Shown: piece by piece, positions 50,640-61,690 of the stretch
Numbering within the stretch: position 1 is the stretch's first letter
Layout: each line of letters opens with the position of its first letter
Made by a program: the position numbers and the translations under genes
Assembly (NCBI RefSeq): GCF_902652985.1
Contig: NC_047030.1
Span: 13,330,001-13,394,000, forward strand
Length of the DNA stretch: 64,000 bases
Source: Pecten maximus
Taxonomy: Eukaryota
Direction of reading: 5' to 3'
Notes under the pieces: generated by a model
What the model saw: only the letters and a program-made list of their open reading frames with translations
The model's database searches: none
Told to the model about the DNA's origin: nothing

Positions 50640-51300
50640 TTGTTTATCGCCAGAATCGCCTAAATATCAATTTTCAGCCAGTCAAAAATAAGAAACACCT
50701 CTTTAAAAATATTCTAGAAAGTACAAAGCCAGATATTATCAGAGTCAGTGAAATTTTGCTATACCCGAACGTTGAAGAATCTGAATTTTTCTCTCCAATT
50801 TTAATGTTCATAGAAATGACAAGGAAAAGCTAGGAGGTACATAATGGTGTGTCTCCTCTCAAAAAGATGGCAGACCAGTAGGCGACACTCTGTCAAAGTC
50901 TGAAGAGCTAAACAGTTTACATATCTTGTCAATATTCACCACTATTAAAAATTCTAAAAATTCCAGCAGGGGTTTAATATGCCACAATATAATGTAATTA
51001 CTTTATCCTCGGTCACATCACACATACTACTTCAGAACCCGAATCCAACAAAAGCTGCAAGACCTGACAGTATAAAACCAAAATTTCCGAAAGAAACGAC
51101 AAATGAGATATCTCCTATATAAACAATACTATTTAATAAGTTGAATCTGGTTCTTTACCATGTGACTAGAAAGTACCACATGCGTCTCCCATATACAAAC
51201 AACGCTCAAAGTACAGCCCTGAAAACCATCGACTAGACTCGCTAACCTGTGTCTGTAGTAAGCTCTTTGTGCATATTATTGTCAGTTATATTATGTCACA
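50640..51300 (+). mobile_element. Highly degraded LINE remnant (endonuclease N-terminus and RT start)
   Basis: INFQPVKNKKHLFKNILESTKPDIIRVSE and ENHRLDSLTCVCSKLFVHII resemble APE and NYRPISLT..SKLLEHII motifs. Confidence 0.6.
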
Positions 51301-51364
51301 TAAAAAAAAAAAAAAAAAAATCTCTAGCCATTTAGTCCCTTTAAGATATTCTTAAGATATCGCT

Positions 51365-51745
51365 AAAGTTAGGTACAGAACATCATGCACAAGCCTACTT
51401 CAGCTAGCTAAAGTTCTTTTTACGCCAAAGCTCGTGTCTTTTTTTTTTATTTGAAGATAAACTAACGAGAGTTACATAAACATGATAAACAACCTTCGCT
51501 TGTTGGGGAATCTCTATTTACTACTTGTATAAACTGATGTTAATCACGCTTGTTGGCCCGATTAGGTGGTATCACTGTGCCCGACCATCCACGGGTTAGG
51601 CCTCGAGCTCTCGGTACATGTAGGTGCTGCTCTAACAATGAATTACACTGCGAGAAACTTATGAAGGACCTCTTGTCGTCGGTTGGCGTAAAAAGACCTT
51701 TAGCTAGCTGAAGAAGGCGTGTGTATGATGTCCTGACCTAACTTT
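51365..51745. mobile_element. MITE-like element with ~63-bp inverted repeats
   Basis: AAAGTTAGGT..ACATCAT.CAC.GCCT.CTTCAGCTAGCTAAAG.TCTTTTTACGCCAA at 51365-51428 is inverted at 51683-51745; no clear target duplication. Confidence 0.75.
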
Positions 51746-52865
51746 CACTGTTCCACAATGTAAGTGGGTCTAACAAAACAAGCATTGAACAAATGCCGAT
51801 ATGTAGACAATTTTGAGGTAGAATATTTCTTCAAACTTTTATTTATGATGAAAAAAGTCATATTATGAAATTGTTACCACGGTAACGCGAATAAGAGAAT
51901 GTCTGATTCAGCAACGATAATGGAGTTTCACCTCACAATTTGTGACGACGCAATCTGTGATAAAAAGCCCGTTTTCCCGGATATATTGGTATTAGATGGA
52001 CATATATTCTTTCCTATGTACGCCTAATTCGACGCAATTTGTACTCACTTCTCAAATGTCATTTAAGGTAACAAATAGGTATTTTGATATTAGAACTAGG
52101 TTGAACATGTACAAACGAAAGATTACCGTTCCTTCTGTGGCTGATTTATCATGTAACTATGGTAAATACTTGCCACGAAAAAAAGACTGATTTTCACTTA
52201 TTGATACTTGGTGGACCCATTACTTAGTATCTAGGTTTTTATCAGGACTTACATTATTGGTCAGATAATTAAAATATTTGGAAAGGAATATGTTTAATCC
52301 CGACGAACTTTTACCTCAGAGACTATGATACAGTCAGCTACCATACTGGTATCGAATGTTTTGTGATCTGTGTACAAATGTATTTGAATATTACTATCGT
52401 ATATTTTTCTGTCGCAGGTTTGTGTTTAAACTTATTTAGTTTTGATTGAGAGGATTTGTAATTGACTGTAAATTTGACAAGTTGCCTAACGTTTTCCAAG
52501 AATCTGGCAATGTTAATACTTACTTCTCTGATTAGACAGGGTTTGGATAAGGCAGATAAATAACTTGTATGAATTAGAGAGCGAATACCGAAACCAAATA
52601 CCAAAGGCGAGGAAGACAGTGTCAAGATTATAACGTTATGAATGACAACTATAAGTAATAGTTAGACGATTTGATTTGTGGCAATAGACACAAGTTTCCC
52701 AAGGGTCTGGGAGATAATGCTGCAAAGAAGTTTCAGCCACTCTCACTCACTTTCACTCATTTCATATTCCGCCCTTGATTTGGTTTATACGTACATTGTA
52801 AGGTTAAATCGGTCACATCATCTAGACTGTTAACAAATAAACAACATCCATTCTTTCTATGCTTA

Positions 52866-55800
52866 TTAGATTTTATTGTCTATATTGTCCTCCATGACAG
52901 CTTTGTCATCTTTTACCTTATCAAATCGACTCCCGTGTCGAATACCGACAACGTTCAGACATAGACCGATGACAAATACCAAAAGTCCACACACCATTGC
53001 CTCGTAAACAAAACACACGTGACCTATTGCGTCATAGATGTATCCCATAATACTTACACACGAGAATCCCCCACATCCGCCGGCCAGACAGATGAGAGTA
53101 ATCCCCATCCCTGTCAATTCCACGTGGTAATCGGTCCAGTATATCCCGGTTGGCCACATGGGTCCCAGGAATAGACCAATCAACAGAGAGAAGATCCAAA
53201 ATGACACTTCCGGTTCAAAGTTGAAGATACTGACAAGACAGAGGCCAAGTGCACTAAGAAACACACCACATACTTCACATATCATCATTATTCTAATCGA
53301 GACGAATTTCCCAGTTGCAAATCCAATAAATCTTCCAAGAGAGAACGTTACCCAGAAACCTGTATTGACATAACTACCTTCGTCTTTGGTGAAATTCAAT
53401 TCGTCTACTGCAAATGTACGGATGAACTTCGTGTAAAATCTTTCGAATCCTACTGTAAAGAGAAAGTAGATGAATACAAGAGAGAACAATAGGACTCCGT
53501 AACAGCAATCTCCGTCAGTACAAGTAGCAGGATTCAACATGGCTCTCGAGTCACGTTTCTTAATGCTTGTCCCACGCTCATCGTGAACTTGTGTGAACAC
53601 ACATTGAAAAATCATAAACACCATTGCAAGGGTCATTGTTGGAATTGCTACTATGGCGTACGCGTAATCCACCATAGAATCCTCAAACACTGTTGTAAAA
53701 TCAAGACTGTTGATGGAACAGTTGGTGTCGGTGACGTTTGTTACTGAGAGGTTGGAGTTTATTTCACAGTCAGGTAGGTAAGACATTTGTGGTAGGAACG
53801 GATTAGCCACAAGTGGTACTAGAAGACATCCTATCCCGAATCCAAGGTGAAGCATGTGCATTGGCGCGGAGGCTTTCTCTCGCCACAGGTACAGAATGGT
53901 AGTATTACCGGCTGAAACACGAAACAATACACGAGTATTAATCGCCAAGGTTGTTGGATATTTTTATTGTCGAAAATACAATCGAAATCAATGAACATAA
54001 TAAGTCAACGCAAACGCTATCGTGATTCTAACTAAAAAGGAATAAAGCAATGAAAAACATTAACAAAATCACGACTTGTATGGAGATCATTGAAAAAAGT
54101 ACATGGAAAATAGGACCAGGTGTTTTGGAGTGTAAGCGTCTTCTGGTGAAGCCGACCCATCAAGTCATCTAAGGTAGAACTACATATAATACACCTACGT
54201 TATGGCGATTACTTACATTTACTTATACCTAAGTGTCATATATATGTAATGTTTTATTGTTACAATTGCACTATGTCTTTAATTTGGAAAGCCATTTGAA
54301 GGTAAAGTTAAAAAAGAAAACAGTTTACATTCTTCAGATTCAAATACGTATGCAAATACAAAAATTAAATAAAATTTAAGAAGAAAAAAATAAATAAATA
54401 AAAACTAAAGAAAAAAATATATATATAGAAAAATAGCAAAGCAGATAATCGAAAAATGAAATATAACGTTTTGGCGTCTATAGTGAGTTGGTGGGTCATT
54501 TTACTGATCTCGTCTTGTTATTCTTATTACCGTGGTCAGTTACTGCAAAGTGTTGTTCATTTGTCTCTTTTGTTCTTGTTGCCATTTTGTCTTCTACAAA
54601 TCAGCTAGGGTATATATGAGTTATTCAATGGATAAATACGAGAATATAGTTTCATGTAGAACGACTTTTAAACAATATATATATTAATACGTACCTACGT
54701 TGACAATGAGCTCAGCTAAACCTTGGACCATAATTAGAGCCCCTGTTAATAATACCTGTGTAGAGACAAAAATACAGTGTACTTAACCGATGTACACAGT
54801 ACATTGGGTGAGACATGTTCTATGATAAATCCCGAAAGGTATTCTACTGATATTGGGTGAGACATGTTCTATGATAAATCCCGAGAGGTATTTTACTGAC
54901 ATTGGGTGAGACATGTTCTATGATAAATCCCGAGTTCTACTGATATTGGGTGAGACATGTTCTATGATAAATCCCGAGAGGTATTTTACTGATATTGGGT
55001 GAGACATGTTCTAAGATAAATTCATAGAGGTATTTTACTGAAAATCCCGAGTTCTACTGATATTGGGTGAGACATGTTCTATGATAAATCCCGAGAGGTA
55101 TTTTACTGATATTGGTTGAGACATGTTCTATGACAAATCCCGAGAGGTATTTTACCGATATTGGGTGAGACATGTTCTATATCCCGAGAGGTATTTTACT
55201 GATATTGGGTGAGACATGTTCTAAGATAAATTCATAGAGGTATTTTACTGAAAATCCCGAGTTCTACTGATATTGGGTGAGACATGTTCTATGATAAATC
55301 CCGAGAGGTATTTTACTGACATTGGTTGAGACATGTTCTATGACAAATCCCGAGAGGTATTTTACCGATATTGGGTGAGACATGTTCTATATCCCGAGAG
55401 GTATTTTACTGATATTGGGTGAGACATGTTCTATGATAAATTCCGAGAGGTATTTTACTGATATTGGGTGAGACAGGTTCTATGATAAATCCCGAGTTCT
55501 ACTGATATTGGGTGAGACATGTTCTATGATAAATTCCGAGAGGTATTTTACTGATATTGGGTGAGACAGGTTCTATGATAAATCCCGAGAGATATTTTAC
55601 TGATATTGGGTGAGACATGTTCTATGATAAATCCCGAGAGGTATTTTACTGATATTGGGTGAGACAGGTTCTATGATAAATCCCGAGAGATATTTTACTG
55701 ATATTGGGTGAGACATGTTCTATGATAAATTCCGAGAGGTATTTTACTGATATTGGGTGAGACATGTTCTATGATAAATTCCGAGAGGTATTTTACTGAT

Positions 55801-57668
55801 ATTGGGTGAGACATGTTCTATGATAAATCCCGAGAGGTATTTTACTGATATTGGGTGAGACATGTTCTATGATAAATCCCGAGAGGTATTTTACTGATAT
55901 TGGGTGAGACATGTTCTATGATAAATCCCGAGAGGTATTTTACTGATATTGGGTGAGACATGTTCTATGATAAATCCCGAGAGGTATTTTACTGATATTG
56001 GGTGAGACAAGTTCTATGATAAATCCCGAGAAGTATTTTACTGATATTGGGTGAGACATGTTCTATGATAAATTCCGAGAGGTTCTTTACTGATAAATTC
56101 CGAGATTTACATTACTTATAGTGTGTGCTAAGTATTCCATGATAAATTATGAGGGGTACTTTACTGATAATTCCGAGAGGTACATTTAAACTTTTGTATG
56201 GTAATGGGGATATGGGTAATGATGCTCTCATCATTAGAGTATTATGTTTACAACGATTTAAAACAGTTTTAATATCTTGAAACATAAAAATGATTATTGT
56301 TAAGTTATTTTATAATCCATCTGAGAAGGTTGACATTTCAGGAGCATATACTTTTCATTTCTCATAAAATACGTTAACATTCCATTTGCACTCCAACAAC
56401 TGCTACTGTAAAACATTTCTTTTTCGACATAGGTACCTGAGGTTCGATTCCCTGATCTAGCTTGAAGAGGAACATGCATTTTATGTGATCACCTGTCCGA
56501 TCACTATGGTGTTTCTCCGGCTATTTAAGTAACTCTGCATAAACACCAGGAACGCTTAATAGTGCTTCAAATAAGTTGTCTAATAAATAAAGTTCAATTA
56601 AATTAAAAGGGATATACTCAAACACAAACATACTAGGTTCCTATGGATATGTACCTTGGTAGAAAGTGGGACGGCCATGGTGGCGGCCGCCGCCGCCGTA
56701 AGACAAAAACCAATGATAAGGTCACAGTAACGGCCCTGTTTGTCGATCAAGATTCCCCCAATGATGGATCCGCTGACGGCCCCAATACTTCGGCCGGACA
56801 CTGCCTGCGATAGACTCTCGTAATCCGAGTTGGTCCGGTCTTTGAGATCCTGGAGAGTCGGCCCTATGATTTCCAGGAACATTCCCTAAATAATGCATGT
56901 ACAAAAGGAAGACAATTGAATTATGACTTGGTAATGTTCAAACATTAAACATCATTTAAATTAACACATCAAAGTACTTAAGCATTTTTGTTTGAATCTG
57001 ATTAATGTACAGATTATCACCAAACACTACGTTATAAAGATCTAACGATTGTTGGATATAAGTTGGAAAACTTGTGCCCGATCCCTTTGTATATTTATGA
57101 TACAATAAAATATGTTTAAACTAACGATTGTCACAAGGGGTCATATTCTAATGACCTTTAAAACATCCAATCAAAACACGACTGTCAACATTTTCATTTC
57201 TCCTTACTGTTATATATTTGGTATTAACGCTATCTAGACTCGCTGGAACTAAAGCCATGTGATCTTCTAAGTAAAAGGATTTTGTATAAAATGAGTGGTG
57301 ATTTGAGGACGCATGTCGCTTCTATCCGCTTACATCTCCGACTTGCAGGTTCTCCTCGGTAGAGGTTCGATTCACTTGGAGATACACTTCTCACCTTCCA
57401 GGTGAACCTGAATACTTCCACGAGAGAGCTTCGTTAATATCAACAGGATCACCAAATATACCCATGTCATATACTGAACACACGTATCCATCTCAACAAT
57501 ACTAGCTGCACATTATTATGAATCATTTATGACGATAGAATTACTATCATTTCTTCGCTTGGTTTTTTGTTTGTTTGTACTTACCATACATATCCATGTC
57601 AAAAATAAAACAAAAGTCCGTATCCGTCGTGTCCTCAGAAACGATGGTAGCGATTCTTGTGTTTCCAT
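52866..57668 (-). CDS. Major facilitator superfamily transporter, MFSD4/NaGLT1 (sodium-dependent glucose transporter 1)-like; complement(join(52866..53911,54695..54755,56655..56885,57585..57668)), ~473 aa
   Basis: GMFLEIIGPTLQDL, GGILIDKQGR, AGNTTILYLW...MHMLHLGFGIG..P, FWVTFSLGRF, GLFLGPMWPTG; multiple hydrophobic segments; all GT-AG junctions in phase (0,0,1). Confidence 0.92.
54802..56105. repeat. Minisatellite, 49-bp unit (TATTGGGTGAGACATGTTCTATGATAAATCCCGAGAGGTATTTTACTGA), ~27 copies, MFS intron 2
   Basis: Direct observation. Confidence 0.98.
56430..56596 (+). mobile_element. Old tRNA-SINE remnant (V-like)
   Basis: B box GGTTCGATTCC, GGTGTTTCTCCGG core remnant, AATAAATAAAG tail. Confidence 0.45.
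57053..57120 (+). mobile_element. 68-bp LINE 3'-tail insertion with an 11-bp target-site duplication
   Basis: CTAACGATTGT at 57042-57052 and 57121-57131 flanks ATAAGTTGGAAAACTTGT...AATAAAATATGTTTAAA. Confidence 0.85.
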
Positions 57669-57739
57669 TTTGCTCCTGTTTTTGAATTATCTTTCACTCC
57701 TTTTTTCGGAATAGAAAAATGCCGTCATTTTCATTTTCA

Positions 57740-58817
57740 CAGCCGCCATGTTTGATTCCCTCACCTTAATGATGACGTTATTTATGACGTCATAATATAT
57801 GAAACAATGTCACGAAAACTCTTGAAATACAGTGTAGTGAAAAAAACTACAACGAACAGCAATCGGCAGATTTGTTTTATTATCTTAATTGAAATTGATG
57901 GAGGTAGGTAAACGTACACGTGTTATATAAACGGCCCGAAAGTCCAAGTATATTTTTCACGCTAGTTACCTGGTGTAAAGTTTTCATTACAACAGAAGGG
58001 AAGATCACACAAAGCGCCGACCACACAGCGTTCTCAAGCTTATACTCTTAACACTTTTCAGTGAGGGTGTGACGATAAAAAAACATTTCCCATATCCTCG
58101 TAACCCACCAAAAGCTGACAAGAGTACCCAAAATGCGACAGGCAGTTTATTGATATAGCTGACAACAATTTTGGGGTTTTCTTTTTTTCAGATTTTTATT
58201 TTTCAAAACATTGATTTGCTTTTTTGTTAAGTAATTTGAAGAATAAAGTAACATGTTTGTTTCGTGTGGACCATTTCCAATAGTTGCTTGTTTTTTTTTT
58301 TTTTTTTTTAAATAATAAATGAATTTTAATAATTTTATTGATCTTCTATTCTAACACGTATATAAATTCCCTCTTGAATGTTGTATGCCGTACCTCGATT
58401 GTGCGTATTGATGTGCATATTCTACGTTGATGTTTGGTTCCAAGAACATTTCACAAACTGTAAATCCATTTACAAATCAAACATTATGGACTTGGACAGA
58501 AGTTCACATTCGGAACTCCCATAAAATTGGTTCCTCTTAAAATTCCGAACGGATATCTATACACTGCTGCAGCGCCTGAAAGCGAGTGAGTCACACACAC
58601 GCGTATATTGAGTATAACCGCATACATGTGTGTAACCCCCATGTGACGCCCATACCGGAAGTGTATACATGTAGTGAATGACAGTCAGCTGTTTGTTGGG
58701 TACGGTTGTCCAGCGGTGTGTTTTCATCTACTGGTTGTAGACAAGGTCTCAAACAACACAATATAATGATCAGGAACGAACACAAAGGGATATCAAAGAT
58801 TTACCACTTTGTGTAAG
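57740..58817. promoter_or_regulatory. Putative divergent promoter region between the MFS gene and TMEM144-like gene, with a possible non-coding exon ending at 58817
   Basis: YY1-like GCCGCCATG (57742), CRE TGACGTCA (57785), ETS-like CCGGAAGT (~58655), donor AAG|GTATGT at 58817; motif-based. Confidence 0.4.
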
Positions 58818-59454
58818 GTATGTACGTGTGTAGTTTACATGTATGTTTGTCAATAACAATATAAGCGGCCAACCCTATAGGTCACGCCTCGATGGTCCCT
58901 ATTGAATACATTTGGGTCGGACACACAATGACTAGCTAGCATTACTCACACACGTGGTGTACTCAGTAAATTATTATAGTATATTACTATAGAGCTTTGT
59001 TACACATGTGTACGTGTGTATTACATTGATTATTGCTTCCAGGTACCAACCTTCTATTGATTTAATAAACAAGCACGAGTGCGTATGAAGCACGTGAGAC
59101 CCTCATATGTATGATGCCAATGCAAGTCTATCGAAAGTAACATGTTTATAGTTCCGTGAGGCAATCTTATTTTCACTGGGTATAGAGCAAATCTTATCTG
59201 CAATTGTGGTAAACATATTTGTACAACAGGTAATTTAGAACAGCCTAATTTAGTTGGACAACTGTTCAATAAAGAAATGTATGTATGCACTCAGTGGGGC
59301 TAAACTACCTCTAAGTTAAAGGTGTCATTCATAGACAAAATACACACACTCTGTATTTGTGCAGTATTTCGTGAATTTTAAACTGTATTCATTTTACAAC
59401 AATTGCGAAGCAGGTGATATCAACTTATATTATTAAGACCATCCCCATACAACA

Positions 59455-60177
59455 GATGTCATGTCGATAGAGACAGACACTTAATATTTGTACAGTATGT
59501 CACGTCGAAAGACACACTCTACATTTATATAGTATGTCATGTCGAGACACAAACATATATTTGTACAGTATGTCATGTCGAGAGACACACTCTATATTTG
59601 TACAGTATGTCATGTCGAGACACACACCCTATATTTATACAGTATGTCATGTCGAGAGACACACTCTATATTTGTACAGTATGTCACGTCGAGAGACACA
59701 CTTTATATTTGTACAGTATGTCATGTCGAGAGACACACTCTATATTTGTACAGTATGTCATGTCGAGAGACACACTTTATTTGTACAGTATGTCATGTCG
59801 AGAGACACACACTCTATATTTGTACAGTATGTCATGTCGAGAGACACACTTTATATTTGTACAGTATGTCATGTCGAGAGACACACTCTATATTTGTACA
59901 GTATGTCATGTCGAGAGACACACTTTATTTGTACAGTATGTCATGTCGAGACACACACTCTATATTTGTACAGTATGTCATGTCGAGAGACACACTCTAT
60001 ATTTGTACAGTATGTCATGTCGAGACACACACTCTATATGTGTACAGTATGTCATGTCGAGAGACACACTCTATATTTGTACAGTATGCCATGTCGAGAG
60101 ACACACACTCTATATTTGTACAGTTGTATGTCATGTCGAGAGACACACTTTATTTGTACAGTATGTCATGTCGAGAG
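59455..60177. repeat. Minisatellite, ~37-bp unit (TATTTGTACAGTATGTCATGTCGAGAGACACACTCTA), ~19 copies
   Basis: Direct observation; explains three overlapping repetitive ORFs. Confidence 0.97.
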
Positions 60178-60650
60178 GGAATTCTTCTCTGCCTTCTGTC
60201 AAGGGTTTAACAGCCCAACTATTTCCCAATGTCACATGAAGAATGAAATATGGTGTTAAGACGGAAAAGTAGACAAGAGAGAATGTAAACACATGGACTT
60301 GATAATTAGTTACAGTCTACATGTATTTCGACCTTCCCTAGTGAGTATAACACATTATGAGACATGTTACAGTCTACATGTATTTGGTGTTAATGTGCTA
60401 TATACAGTAATACACATGGGAATGTCCAAATTCATGTAGATTGTAACAAATTATCAAGTCCATGTGAATGTTAAGACAAGGGGACCTAAATTTGGATTCT
60501 TGCAGACCCAACTTGAAGACGGATGGAAATAACTAAATTCTGCAAAAGTCTCTTGACTGCCTCTAAGTTTCGGAACCGGTTCATTTTAGGAGGAAATCTT
60601 GGGCAATGTAAACGTCATTTTTCGCATCAACGTTGAGCATATAATAGACA

Positions 60651-60763
60651 GGGGGTGGGGGTGGGGGTGGGTGTGAGGCGGTGTGAGGGTGGGGGTGGGT
60701 GTGAGGGGGTGTGAGGGTGGGGGTGGGGGTTGGTGGGGGTTAGGCTGTGGGGTGGTTGGGGGT
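60651..60763 (+). repeat. G-rich (GGGGGT)n-like tract, G-quadruplex-capable
   Basis: More than 12 runs of three or more G. Confidence 0.85.
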
Positions 60764-61690
60764 GTTCTGTCCTCTGAAAAAGACAAACCCAACTGAATTC
60801 ATTTTCCGAAGTTGCCGTCCCGTGTTTGATGTTTAGATGTAAGATGGCTGACCTTTTTGCGATGTGACACAGTGTCGTACTTAAATGCAGGCTTCGATAC
60901 TAATCTTTGGATGCTCATCATCATCAGCATACATCGTCGTCATATGACCTTATCTGTAACGATGGTGTAAACACGAATAAAGACAGATAAGCCGGATTAG
61001 CTGGTCACGTATTTGTTATCTTTATTACGTTTATAGATATCATATATCCTATATAAGTGTTCATTTTGTGACGTCATAACTTCACGGCCCGGTACGTATA
61101 TACGTATCCCGTAAACTATACGCTAAGTGCATATAAGATCGTCGACGAAAAGGTCACGGTAAGAAAATGTCGATACCTTTAAAAGCATGGCCGCTGAACG
61201 AATAACTCACTTATTTCATAAATCTATGGAGCCCCCGAGGGGATATGATAATAATATTACGGTGTATTAACTCGTAATGGAGAAATGAAAACCATTTAGA
61301 TTGGCCACTGGGGTTCGTTTGCCAGAGAAATATAGAAATTGATCAAACTAATAAAACTGATATTTTCACTGCAGTGATGAGCAGTGAAAATAAAGTGAAA
61401 GTGTCTTTCCTAACCCTCGCCAAAATACAGCTTATAGTTTAAGACACTGTCCATGTATTCTCTATATCCTTATTGTGTGACCCATCTCATATATAATATA
61501 TAATATCATTTGTAACGAATCCCTGTCGATTGTCTAATACATATATATATAAACTTGCAACACATAATAGAAGTTACATCAAAGTTGTTTAAGTGTGTGT
61601 TTACTAATGTGTAAAAAGTCATAATTTATCTACTATGTAAAGTTAATTAAAACGACCTTGGATTTATTTTTACAGAAAACAAATTACATC

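Noticed and set aside
54802-56105. CRISPR-like array (also considered for the other tandem arrays)
   Set aside because: Units are contiguous with no unique spacers, no cas genes, and the context is a eukaryotic intron
59534-60259. Three overlapping repetitive ORFs
   Set aside because: Stop-free ~37-bp minisatellite; the same peptides cycle through all frames
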